From the NCBI GenBank assembly GCA_963693365.1, contig CAVNZM010000004.1:640448-704447 (forward strand): DNA of 64,000 nucleotides, read 5' to 3'. Below the pieces are notes generated by a model. That model saw only the letters and a list, made by a program, of their open reading frames with translations. It was not told the origin of the DNA and did not search any database. A program made the position numbers and the translations under genes. Source of the DNA: Amoebidium appalachense (lineage: Eukaryota; Protista; Ichthyosporea). Below, piece by piece: positions 13,503 to 26,895 of the stretch (position 1 is the stretch's first letter; every line of letters starts with the position of its first letter).

Positions 13503-14290
13503 CCCCTCCCCAGTCACCACCACCACCACCACCATAGACGCTCGCGCGCACACACACACACACCCCTTTTTTTTTCTGTGTTGCAAGGCACTCACACAGG
13601 GGGGAGGGTACAGGCACGCAGGGAGCAGCACACGCAACTGCGCACCCAACCCCACCCCCGTCACGAATACCACACCCCTGCCACCACCCATCACTGGGAC
13701 GAGCCACCCCCCCGCCAGTGGAGAGAAGAGCACGGAAGACCTGCTGCCATCTATCACCATCTTCACGACCACCAGCCCCATCATCACCCACCCACCCACC
13801 ACCATCACCAAATATGGAACAGTGTGCCGGACAGACCACGTGAAACGTACCAGGCACGTGCTGTAGACAGGCACGATTGGGCCATGGTCAGGCGGCACGA
13901 ACACGTGATCGAGGTTACACACACACACCACGTGCATGAGGAGAGTGTGTGCTATGAGGACAGGCGGGGGGAGAGGAGGAGGAGGGAGCGGCACGTGGGG
14001 CAGCATGAAGACAGACACAGGGAGAGGGGGCACAGATGCGAGGAGCCGGAGGAGGAGGTGTGTGATGACGATGCCGGCCACTATGTGGTTGTGCCTGGAT
14101 CCACCCTGGGCAAGGACAGCGAGTGTATGTGCCCCTGTGTGCGTGTGGGTGGGTGTGGGTGTGTTCGTGTGTTTGTACGGAGTAACTGTGTTCGAAAGAA
14201 TGGGAAGGGGGGAGGAGAGGGGGGGGGGGGGGGTGGTCGTTCAGGATTTTGTGGATGAGGTGTTGGGAGGAAGGGGGGCAGGGTGTGTGT

Positions 14291-14328
<38 letters not shown>

Positions 14329-15311
14329 GGGGGGGAGGGGGGGGGGGGGGGGGGGAGGGGGGGGGGGGGGGGGGCAAGGTGTAAAGAATAGAGTAAGCGG
14401 ATCCGATGGGATGTGTGCATATATTTTGTGTCCAATCCGTTTGTGTTTGTGCAAGTATGTGTGGATGCTGGTGTGTGCAGAGTGTGGGGTATGTGCACTC
14501 CTCGTGTGTTTTGAGAGGGCTGTGGCCTTGAGCTAACGGAGCATTTTGAACGGGATGGGGGTGCAATCTGGAACTGAATGGAAACTTTCAACCTTTAACG
14601 TGATCTGCATGCACAGACCGTATCGAGTGTGTGCTTGGGGAGGGCACGTTTGGCAAGGTGGTGGAGTGTACGGAACTGAGGGAACACCGACGGGTGGCTG
14701 TAAAGATTATTCGCAACATCGACAAGTATAGGGCCGCAGCATTTATCGAGATCGATATTCTGAACCAGCTGAGGAAACTGGATCCGAGGAATGTGCAGTA
14801 AGTGGATGGACGGGCACGTGTGCAGAATGTGAGTGTGTTTGTGTGCTTGGGGTAAAGAGTGTGATTTCACATACAGTTGATCTCGTAAGCTAATGTAAAT
14901 TAGAACGGCTATGATGCAATGACATCTTGCGGCCTTTCTCGGCACAGGCTCACAGCTAACACACACACACACCCATGTGCACGCATGTGCACATGCGCGA
15001 ACATGGGCCTTGCACATTACCACCACGCACAGGTGTGCACACGCCAACAAACATAAGCACATTCACATGCACTCAAGCAGCCAGATTCCATACATACATG
15101 CACACCAAACTCCCTTTCCCCTCCCCCCACACACCTACACACATTGGCCATGCACATTGAGCACTCACGTACACCAAGCCATGCACAAGCACACACACGA
15201 ATGAACTCACACGCGTGCACACGCACCTACGCCTCAGAAGCAGGCACGTGCTGGCTGCAATTGGTCCGATCACACACAGCTGCTTGCTCACTCACTCACT
15301 CATCCATTCGT

Positions 15312-15385
<74 letters not shown>

Positions 15386-17602
15386 CCGCATCATCCAGCT
15401 GCAGCGCACATTCGAGTACCGCAGCCACCTGTGCCTTGTGTTTGAGGTGCTGGGCCTCAGTGTGTTTGACTTTCTCAAACTCAACAAGTACCGGCCCTTC
15501 CCCCTGGCACACATCCGCAAGATGGCCTACCAGCTGCTCACGGCTATCGAGTGTATGCCCCCGTGTGTGTGCATGTTTGTGTGTGTCTGTCTGTTGGTGG
15601 TGCAATGGTCTTTGCTGTGTACTTTTGGTGTGCACACCAGCACGAATGAAGATGTGCCTTTCTCACACATCGTGTCATATACACCATGCATGCACACGCA
15701 CACACACACACACATGTATGTGCTCTGGCTTCGAGCCCTTTGTTTTCCTGTCCCACCCACCCTCTCTCCCCCCTCGTCTTTGTTAAAGATTTGTTACCAC
15801 CCCACGTTTCAAAAGAAGTGGTGTCCGAATGGGTTTAGTACACGATGTAAATGGGGTGCTGTGGGTGACTTGGCCTCTCGCTGAAGTACTTTGGGGATCT
15901 TTGTTTTTTGTTTTTCTTTCCCTCTTAAATCTGCATTACAGCTTTCAGGTAAAGCCATGTGTTTTGTATTGCAACCCTCCCCCCCCCCCCCCCCCCCTCC
16001 CCCTCTATGTGTCAGAACTCCATTCATATATATCACGTGACCTACCCTCACCTCCACGCGTGCAGTCATGCACCGGCACCGGCTGACGCACACGGACCTT
16101 AAGCCCGAGAACATTCTGCTGGAAAACTCGGCACACCACGACCGACAGCTGCCAGATGCAAACGGCATGGTAAGAAAAGAGGGGGGGGGGGGACACAGTA
16201 TGTGTGCACATGTGAGAATACATTGTGTGGGCACGGGTGTGAGAACAGATTTCGAGTGCACGAGTGAGAACACGCTCTGTGTAACACGCTGTGTGCACGT
16301 CAGAGAACATATTGTGTGCACAAGTGCAAAGACATTATGTGTACACGTGAGAACCCAATGCATGTGCACGTGCTATGCCCCCTTTTCCAGTAGTGACCTG
16401 GTTTTGCAGGTGCACGTGTACAAGCAGCTAGTGGATGCCAGCATCCAGGTGATCGATGTGGGCTCAGCCACGTGGGAGTACCAGCACCACACGGCCATCG
16501 TCAGCACACGCCACTACAGGGCACCAGAGGTCATCCTGGGTGCGTGCTAATGCGTGGCTGTTTGGTGATGGTGTGCACATGAAAGACAAACAGTTGCATG
16601 TGTGCAAGGCACACACGCAGACACACACACTTTTGGATAGGCGCATACACTTGCACATGTACGCGCAGGCACGCAAGGATACGCCCATGTGCACGCATGC
16701 ACACTGAACGCCCACACACACACACAGAGACAGACATGCACAGTTGTGTGGTCCCCTGCGTTAGTGGATTGTGTGCGGAGAGTGGGTTACCTCTCTGCTT
16801 GTTTTCCCTCGTCGTACACGGGTGCTCTCTGCTGTGCAGATGTGGAAATCTCATTACTGGTGCTTTTCCGCTGAAGGGAGACTGGGACTTTTTTTTGAGG
16901 GGGTGAGGAAAACGGTGGTGTGCGTGTGTTTGTGTATGTATGTGTTTTTGTTTTTTGTTTTTATTTTTATTTATTTTTTATTTTTTATTTTTTTTTGGGG
17001 GGGGGGGGATGCAGTTGAGTAACCGTGCGTGTGTGCTTGTTTGACAGAGATGACGTGGTCGTACCCGTGTGACCTGTGGAGCATCGGCTGCATCCTGTGT
17101 GAGCTCTACACCGGTGATGCCCTCTTCGACGTACGTGATCACACACACCCCTCCCCCCCTTCCCCCCCCCCCCCCACACCTTCCCCCGCCGAACACACAC
17201 ACATAAACGCTTGCGCATACACACAAGCACGCAGACACATGCACACACGCACACTCACTCACTCACACACTCACTCACACACACACACAGTCACAGACAA
17301 ACAGCACACACACAACACTCGTATACACACAGCACACAGAACACACAACACACGACACGTAGGCACACCATCCCTCTGCTCCTCACTTGTGCTCCTCTGC
17401 TTTGAGACAGTGGGATCTTTTTCATTGATTGTCACAGACGTGGGACCCCGGGGGGGGGGGGGGGGGGATGTGGCTACCCATTTTACATAAAGGTGTTGAC
17501 TTGTCGTGTGGCTGTTTGCCAGGCACGTGACGATGGCTTCACATAAGCACATGGGAAAGAATGTGCCAAATGTATGGCTAGTGTGTGTACGTTGCACATG
17601 CG

Positions 17603-17635
<33 letters not shown>

Positions 17636-17970
17636 TGTGGGTGTGGGTGGGTGGGAGAGAGAGGGGGGGGGGAGGGGGGGATGCAGAAGTTGGACATGTG
17701 CACATGTGTGTGCATATTAGTGTACGCTGACTTGCACCGGGCAGACGCGTGACGACATGCAGCACCTGGCCATGATGGAGAGGGTGCTTGGCCCCATGAG
17801 CCCGGACTTTGTGCAGCGCGTCAGGTGTGTGTGTGTGTGTGTGTGCTTGGTGGTATGAATGGCTGTGTGTGGTGTCGGTATGGGCACGAGCTGTATGCTT
17901 TGCTTGTTTTGGGGGAAGTTGGGGGGGGGGGGGGGATATTGTTTTTTCCGGAAGCAGTTGGCGTGGCTTT

Positions 17971-18001
<31 letters not shown>

Positions 18002-19551
18002 GGGGGATCCCATGGTAGCGGTATTCGCAGTGAATCTGAATCTGGGCTGAATGGTGACCATTGCCTAAAAAAGGAAATACATTGGGGTCTAAAAAAGGAA
18101 ATGCATTGTGGGGGGGGGGGGGGGAGGTTATGCTTTGTGGTCTTAATAAGGAAATACACTGTGGTCTAAAAAAGAAATCCATGGGGGGGTGCAGCCGCAA
18201 GCGGCGCAGCTACTTCAAGAATGGGCGGCTGGCCTGGCCGGAATTAGCCCCCCACCAGGAGAGTGTGCTGGCCGTGCAGACAAAGTGCAAGCCCCTGAAC
18301 GTACGTGTCAATTACATACACCCCTCCGATACAAACACACACACACTTCCTTTCCACATTTGCGCACTAAAACAACACCCTTTATCATACTGTGTATTCT
18401 GTGCTCTGCATCGCTTAAAAATGCCCCTCGTCGGCCTGCACCTGATTTATGTACTGCTAGCCCGGTGGGTGCCTTTTTTCGTTTCACCTGACACACTCTG
18501 GGGTGGCAAGAAAGTAAATAGTCTCGATCGAAACTGACCAATAGCAGCTCGCTAAAACTAAGGCATCTGCCGGGCTGCCTAAACGAAACTTGCTAAGTGA
18601 TAGTGTAAAGCGATAAATAAGATGGAAAAATAAATAAAAATCACACAGAATAAGAAAAATAAGAAACTATAAAAACTATAATTACATAAACGCATAAAAG
18701 TCTACGACAAAATGCTCTTTTTAGCTAGCGACGGTAGCGATCCGGCCTCGCTGACAATCTCAGATGTCCATTATCGTCGAGAGATTTTTATTGGTTCACA
18801 GCCTTTCAATTGCTACCCTTTCTACCAATCGGATAGCTCGAAAACTAAGGCAATATTTTTGATCGAGACTATTCAAATTCTTGCTACCCCGTAGTAAGTG
18901 TGGCAAAACAAACAACTTGCTTGTATTCAAGGACATGGGCAACTTGGTAGTTTCGAATACATACGAGCATTAGTGTACCATGGTGGGGGCATGGATGGGG
19001 GTTTTGGATGTGCACTAACGGCGTGTGTGGGGTTAGAAGCTCAACCGCTGTGCCGGCAACATAGAAGACGACCAGCTCTTTGATCTGATTGGCCAGATGC
19101 TGCAGTACGACCCAGACAGGTGGGCCATAGGCACCATGCATGTATGCACAGCAATGGCACACACGTGTGTGTGCATATGTACACATACACCACTTGCATG
19201 TGTGTGGGTGCGTGGGTGGGTGTGGGTGGGTGCGTGGGGTGGTGGGTGCAAATACATGTGCACAAAGGCACGGCATCATACACACAAGCACATCCAGCTG
19301 CCTGCAAGTGGACGTGGGCAGAACACGGCCCACACAAGCGCGCGCACACACACACACACACACAGCAGAGAGAGATATTAGAGCACATGCACACAGACAC
19401 ACCATGTGGCATGCATGCAGCGCACACACATGCACGTGTTTGCTGACTTCAAGGTGTGTGCAGGCGCATCACGGCACACAGGGCGCTGCAGCATCCTTTT
19501 TTTGCCGTCTTCCACCGCCAACAAACAAACCAGGCACTGGCACGTAGATGA
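13052..19551 (+). CDS. CLK: Dual-specificity CLK/LAMMER (CMGC) protein kinase, 11 exons
   Basis: Exons: 13052-13201, ~13614-14124, 14617-14797, 15386-15552, 16066-16169, 16410-16539, 17048-17130, 17745-17824, 18195-18300, 19037-19119, 19464-19551. Motifs: DDDAGHY, LGEGTFGKVV, VAVKIIRN, HTDLKPENILL, DVGSAT, STRHYRAPEVIL, DLWSIGCIL, QHLAMMERVLG, RITAHRALQHPFF. The exon 2 acceptor is uncertain. Confidence 0.93.
18495..18895. mobile_element. ~400-bp AT-rich MITE-like insertion with imperfect ~39-bp terminal inverted repeats, in a CLK intron
   Basis: The left end ACTCTGGGGTGGCAAGAAAGTAAATAGTCTCGATCGAAA matches the reverse complement of the right end, ACTACGGGGTAGCAAGAATTTGAATAGTCTCGATCAAAA. The interior is AT-rich. 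No clear TSD. Confidence 0.7.
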
Positions 19552-19639
19552 CCTGCCATCGAGCAGTCGCATCCCCGAATGCCTCGCCTTTCCTCCAGCA
19601 CACCAAGAAGTCAAGCACACACGCACAAGCACACACGTA

Positions 19640-19682
<43 letters not shown>

Positions 19683-22600
19683 GTTAACTGCCACGGCAGC
19701 CACCCCAGGACCCCGGTTCCTCTCACCATGGCCCCTGGTATGTATATATATGGGGTGTGTGGTGTGCCTGAAACATGGTGAAGACATGTTTAGATAGATC
19801 TCTGGTCTGCTCGTGAAAAACGTATGAACTGTCTACTGCTGTTTGCTGTAACGGTATATGTGCAGTATATGTACCGGATTAGTGTCATAGATAAGTGCTA
19901 GTGGGCTTGAATGAAGTGTCTGTGATTTCGTTTTTGATGGAAGTGTTGTTGTTCCCTTTGCCTAAGGGGTTGTGTGGGTGTGTGCGTGCATGTGCCTCTA
20001 TGTGTGCAGCTCTAGTGGTGTGTGTGATTGTGTTTGTGGTGGTCGTGGTTGTGCTGGTGTTTGTTTGTTTGCTTGTTTGTTTGTTTGTTTGTTTGTTTTT
20101 TTTGTTTGTTTTTTTTTGGGGGGGGGGGGGGAGGGGGGGGGGGGGGGGGGGAGGGGGGGGGGGGGGGGGGGGAGGGGGGGGGGGGGGGGGGGGGGAGCTT
20201 AGGCAAAAATTTATAATTAGCGGCAATTTTCTATATTCCTTTTTTGACCCATGATCGATTTGCATGAATGTTGGGTAATTGATGTAGTGGAATGTGAGCC
20301 TGAGGCTTGCGTCAGACCTGTTGTATATACGATGTATTGGATATATATATATATCCATCCCACATGATCACGAGGTTAACTGTTGTGACTGTTGGCCCAA
20401 AGACTATGACTAATGAAGTGAAACACATCTGTGCATATCTATCGTCCATACACGTGAGTATCAGCCATCTGCATGTATGTGCGCTGCGTGAGATCCGTAA
20501 TCAGTTATGGAGTATTGATGAAGCCTACATGTGCAAGCCATACCCCGGCTCTACATGACAGAGTATGCAGTGTATGGTTCAAATTCAATCTCATTAAGAT
20601 ATAGCCGTCCCCCCCCACACACTCCCCCCACCCCCCCCCCCCATACACAACACACACACGCACATACACACGCACACCCAATCCCCCCCCCTCCTACCAC
20701 CATCACCATCACGGTGACCCTCCATCACCCACCCTCCCACTCCCATCCCCGGGTGGCCTTGCAAGTGCGGCTTTGATCTATACGTAGCCTCACCAGTTTT
20801 GGGTCTCTGCATATGCACCTCTAGTGTGTGGCCCACATACCCGCATACCAAAAACGACGCGACTGTGATTACCATGTATGGGCACATGGGGACTTTAAGG
20901 TAGAAAGGTCGTTTGCGTGGATATGCAAAAAGCTCCCCCCCTCCCCCCCCCCCCCAACCCACACACACACATATTGCCCGCAGCTATCATCGATTCCCCC
21001 TATGACCCCTTTGCCAAGACCCCCACCTTCCCCTCAAACTGCCGTTGGCTGGGGGGGTGCTGGTTTGGCTCTCGGCACTGGGGCTGGTGGGTGCACTGCT
21101 GGACGAGATATAATGCCGGGAGATAGACGGTAGTAAGGGGGAGGTATAATACTGGGGAATAGACGGTATTATGCATAAGGGGAGATATATTAATGCAGGG
21201 GTAGATGATAATAGAATAAGGGGGAGATACATGGTGGGGGATGGGCGGTGGAATTAGATTTCTGGGAGGAGATAAGATTCTAAGGGATAGACAATATTAT
21301 GCATAATGGGGGGGATAGACTGTATTAGAATGAGAGGGGATATGATACTGGGGGCTAGGCGTGAGAATGAAGTTCCTGGGGGGAGATATGATGCTGCGGG
21401 ATAGACAACAATATGCCATATGGGAGAGATATACGGCCGATAGAAATATGCGACAGAGAGAAATGAGTGGGTTTATACTGCAGTACCCATGACGGGAGTG
21501 ATATAAATGGTGGGGATACATACTATTATGAATAACGGGACGGATATGGTGCTGGGGAAGGGGACAGTGTCGTCACTAATGGGGGAGATGGAGTGCTGGG
21601 GGATATACGTCACTGTGCATAAGGGGGAAAATATAATTCGGGGGAAAAGACGGCAGCATGCATAATGCTGGAGGTATCATGCTATTATGGTTTAGACAGG
21701 AGAAGATACTATGTCAGATGATTCTGTGTTTTTGTTGGGGTATGCACTCGTATATGTAAATTCAAGGTTGACAAGCGGTCCTCATGCCATCTGCGCGGGG
21801 GGGAGGGGGGGGGCACAAGGTGATATGGGAGGTGACATATCGTGGTGAAGTTGTGCTGGTAGCGGATTGGACGGCGCTGTGTGTGCATTGGGGGGGAGGG
21901 GGGGGGGGGCAGCTTGAGGGTCCGAGGTAGCACGGTGGGGATGGTTGGTGGGGTCATGGTAGGAAAGTAGTGTTTGTGTGTGCAGCTGTTTCATTGTGTT
22001 CAATGTGTGTGTGTAGAGCGGGCGCGGGATGGGGGAGAAGGGGGAGGGGAGGGGGGCAGCTGTGGGGCCGCGGATCATAGCCAGATGCCGGAGGTGCACT
22101 GGTGTGTATTTTTTTTATTTTTTTTTATTGGGGGGGGGGGGGGGGGGGGGAGGGGGGGGGGGGAGGGGGGGAGGGGGGAGGGGGGCCAGTTGCGTGCATA
22201 CACGTGTGTGTGTGGGTGGAAGGGGGGGGGGGGGGGGGGCACATGTGTGCGTGTCTGTGTGTATGCTACTTCAAGATGAGTACAGGGTACATGAGTGTGT
22301 GTTTAGGGAGGGGGGAGGGGGACAGCGGGAGGGGGGAGGGGGGGGGGAGGGGGGGGGGGGGGGGGGGGGGACGAGGCAGCTTGTGTGCGATGAACAAGGG
22401 CCTTTTTGAGGCTGTGCGCGCATAGTATGTGTTGTGCCGCGGTGTGTGCCACTGTGACACGTTGTTTGTTTGCATGTGTGTGGCCGTCATGGAGTGTGTA
22501 TGTGTCTTGAATATATCCCATTGGACACGGTCGTGTGCCTCACTTTAGTGATCGGGAGTGGGCCGCATCAATCTCCTACCCGGTACAATGTGAGAGTATA

Positions 22601-22783
22601 TTGGGACTCACCAAACATAAATCATGCTGATTCGAATATTCCATGCCCAGATATCCAATTGCAACCATGTGATAGCCAGAAGGAACCACTTTGTGACAGC
22701 CACAAGGGTCTGCGCGTCATGTGCGATTTTGGGCCATAAACTGTTCAGTGTACGTGTGTGTGCGCATTACGTCCGAAAGTTTT

Positions 22784-22835
<52 letters not shown>

Positions 22836-23442
22836 ACAACATGTGATGTAATGGGAGTCACAGTGTTGAACGTGTGATTGAGAGGTGACATGTGTGCGTG
22901 CAGTACGTGTGTGCGTGTACGTGTGCGTGTATGTGTTACGGTGAACGTAACCTGTAGCCTGTGCCTGTGTGCACCGTGCGTCAGGGTGTATATGTGTGTG
23001 TGGCATTACGTGTGCGTGTGTGACGTTGTACAATGTCATGTCTCACGTGTCGTTTTCTCGATTTTTATCGACGTCTTATCGTGACCGCGCAACGCTGACC
23101 AGTAGCTGTTTTTCTTATCATGCTACTGGTGACGCGAGTGTGCACGTGTGTAAATGTGTGTGCTCAGTGTGTGTTTTGTGTGCGAGAGCGAGAGCACGCT
23201 GTGTACCATGGCGTGTCTGTGTGCGCCGCATGTGCGTTACCACCATACACGTGTGTCTGCCAGGTGTGTGCGTCTGTGTTACAGCGAGTTTTGATGTGAA
23301 TGCATCTGCAATGTGTGTACATGCGGGTATGTGCGTGTAGTGTGTGCATGCGTGCGTGTGTGTGTGGGTGCGCGCGTGTGTGTGTGCGCGCGTGTGTGCC
23401 ACCTGTGTATGTGTGCCTGTGTATCTGTGACAGTCACGCTGC

Positions 23443-23549
<107 letters not shown>

Positions 23550-23769
23550 TTTTGGCGGTGTGTGTGTGTGTAAACGTTTGTTTCTGTGTGTGTAATACGT
23601 GTGTGTGTCACAGTGCGTGTGCGTGTGTGCCTGCGAATGTGTGTGTGTGTGTGCACGTGCATACGGTGTGTGTGCACATATGTGCCACCGACGTGTGTTT
23701 GTGTGTGTGTATGCGTTTGTGCGTGTGTGTGTGTGTGTGTCAGTGAGTGAGTGTGTGTGTGTGTGTGTA

Positions 23770-23824
<55 letters not shown>

Positions 23825-23852
23825 GGCGTGTGTGTGTAGAGGGGAGCTGTGG

Positions 23853-24059
23853 CTACCACCTACTGAGGTGGTGCCTCATTTTCCCTAATACCTCAGCAGA
23901 AGCGTCTCGTTAGTAATGACAATGCTTATCTGTGTACGCGAAGTGACTGCTGCGAAGAATGAAGGCTGCGAAGAAAAACGGCTGCGGGCTGCGAAGAAGG
24001 AAGGAAAAATCGGCCGTCGACGAGCCGAGATGGCGCGTGACGGCGTCAGTACGTGTCAG
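23853..24059. mobile_element. ~207-bp non-autonomous element, copy 1 (CTACCACC...ACGTGTCAG)
   Basis: Homologous to 24455-24671. Flanked by GAGCTGTGG and GAGCTGTGT (8 of 9 bp match). Confidence 0.7.
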
Positions 24060-24454
24060 GAGCTGTGTGGGTGCGAGTGTGTTGGTGTGTCAGTTTACAG
24101 TATGTATTTGTGGCCCAGTCTATAATATCTATCTGCCTGTTGGCTGAATGACTGACTGAGTGAGTGAGTGAGTGAGTGAGTGCATATTTGTGCATGTGTG
24201 TGTGTCCGTGCGTACGTGTACGTGTGTGTGTGCATATGCATGTGTGCGTGTGCCACAGTATTGCAGTGTGTGTACGTGTGGAAATTTGGCTGGCTACATT
24301 CATCAGGGTGCGGAACGGTGACCGTTATCTCGAGCTCATTCATTGTCACTGAGGTGGCATGGGTGGCACGTGGCCTGTGAATGCATTGGGTGCACGTGCT
24401 GACCGGCCATTTGGAGCCTCATGAGTCATCCCCTGACTCAGGCAGCCATGATGC

Positions 24455-24671
24455 CTACCACCTACTGAGGTGGTGCCTCATTTTCCTTCCTACCTCAGCA
24501 GAAATGTCTCGCTAGTAATGACAATGCTTATCTGTGTACGCGAAGTGACTGCTGCGAATTCGAAGAAGGCCCGGAAGGCTGCGAAGAAAAAAGACTGCGG
24601 GCTGCGAAGAAGGAAGGAAAAATCGGCGTCAACGAGCCGAGATGGCGCGTGACACCGTCAGCACGTGTCAG
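24455..24671. mobile_element. ~217-bp non-autonomous element, copy 2
   Basis: Same termini as copy 1. Flanked by the perfect 9-bp direct repeat CCATGATGC (24446-24454 and 24672-24680). Confidence 0.72.
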
Positions 24672-26374
24672 CCATGATGCACAGGGCCTTGAAAATAGCA
24701 CATGATCATGAGTCCCTCCTATTGAGTCAGTGACATCATCGGAGGTGACTCCTGTCCAAGACAAAGATGTTCGGTGAACTTCGGGCTTCGGATCGGGAGG
24801 GAACAATGAGTCAATGACGTCACCACACTCCCGTACGGCAGCCGTTAACGTTCCAAAGATTCCAAGAACGGTGTGGTGATCGCAATGATTGGTCAACTCG
24901 TATCATTCATGGAACATTCATCTTGGCGGAGAGCGTGGCTTTTTGAGGTCGCTGTAAATGAACGTAGTAAGCTGTCTGTTGTGCACATATCAGTGGTAAA
25001 CATGCACTGTGTGTTAAATTTCAGTTTGCAAGTTATAGGAGGTAAAGCTTCCTACAATCAACTACCCTGTGATCACGGGAATCCCGACTCTTGTAACGGA
25101 CCGTCCATGATCCGTGGTGTAGAACCTGCCCGGGGCATTCCAATGGACAAAATTTTTAGTTTAAGAGACTTTAACCAATCAAAATGCACAAGATTGCTAT
25201 TTGTCTGTTCTGATTGGTAGATCCAAAATACACGGGATAAAACGTGTTAATCTCCGAGACTCCAAGGCCACAAAATTCATAAGATTTTGGTGTTAAAATA
25301 TCTATCGCTCTGGATAGACTTCTGCGGGCTATGCGACCGTTTGCACAGTATTTCATCGTTTGGTGCCAATACCAGGATAGTTCTTCGCTATCATTATTTA
25401 GCTTCTTAAGAAAATAGTATTTTAAGGAAACCATTTCCCCCCTTTTTTCCCCCTTTGCAATGTGAATCAATTATTTGATGCATGTAAAGGCATAAAACAA
25501 ACTATCTTGGACATCAAGTGCTTCTGACTTTTCCGAGTTTATGGTGGTTATGGAATCTCGGAACACGCAAATTAGCTATAGGTGTCCGTATCATGATTAT
25601 CAGCGTCGCAGGCTCGCAGCTTCACTGTACCTATTTGAAATATGTTACCAAACCATGCATGCAGAATGTAAAATATGAGTGCCTGTCCATGTTTGCGTGT
25701 GAGGCGGGGGGAGTGTAGCTGGGGAGTGTGGGATTGATATGCAATATTGAATCAACATAATGGAATCTGGAATGGCGCAGTGACGCTATCCGGAATGCGC
25801 CCCCGAATAAGATTATCTGCTCCTCGGTGCTCACGAATATGACGCAATTCTGCTCATGTCCATTCAGCCCGTAACCTCCGTTATAGAAGCCAGAAGAGCG
25901 TTTCAATTGAAATGGTATGATAATAAGCTTATATTTATTCATATAAATTAGATAATTGCTCGTTGCAATCATGATCTGGCCACATGCCCTCTCCAAGGCA
26001 ACTGCTATATTAGTGATCTTACCTTCGGATCGGTCTCCCGAGTCCCGCCAGACTCTTCCATGCATTCCAATTGTACCATGGGTGACTGAAATGCACAACG
26101 CACAGTCAGTTGAACATGTCGATTTACGTACATGCACGAATAGTAGCAACAGCTCTAGCAACAACAAAAAAAAAAATTATCTGGCCAACTGCAATATTGA
26201 ACTACTGACATTTAAATAAGTTCAACGATAAAAAAGTGTTAGGTTCAAGCTATAATAGTAACAGTAGTATTATTATTATCATTTCCAACTGTCGTTTGTT
26301 TGGTTCGTGCACACACTAATAATATATATACAACTAAACTAACCCCATGACGTTAGAGAAAGGCAACACTCAGC

Positions 26375-26631
26375 ATGATGGGGTGTATAAGTAAATTAGT
26401 TGCATTTGCATGTGGGCTGTGCGCCACCCACTCATGTGCATTTGCTGCAAGTGTAAATACGGTAGCAAGTAGCCCAGCCGCCCAGCCAGGTCTTGTGGAT
26501 GTTCTCAGCGCAGATAGAGAGGTAGGTGGTGGATTACACACTGCAGCAAGCCTCGGAGGATATGCATGGGCGCTTATACTTATGTGTTCTTCTGACAACG
26601 GAGCATTGTGTAGAAGATATGTGAGTGTTTT

Positions 26632-26710
<79 letters not shown>

Positions 26711-26864
26711 CACGTGTGTGTGCGCCACGGTGCGAGCACCCTTGTATGCGTGTTTGTGTGCATGTCACCACATCATCCGTGTGTGTGTCCGTGTGTTCGC
26801 GTGTGCGCGCGCTCTCTCGCGCGTGTATAGTTTGTGTGTGTGTGTGTGCGTGCGTGTGTGCATG

Positions 26865-26895
<31 letters not shown>

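Noticed and set aside
23853-24671. LTR pair, introner or hammerhead ribozyme
   Set aside because: There are no TG...CA ends, PBS or internal coding region, and each copy has its own TSD. No consistent GT donor is present in both copies, and no complete CUGANGA/GAAA core was found.
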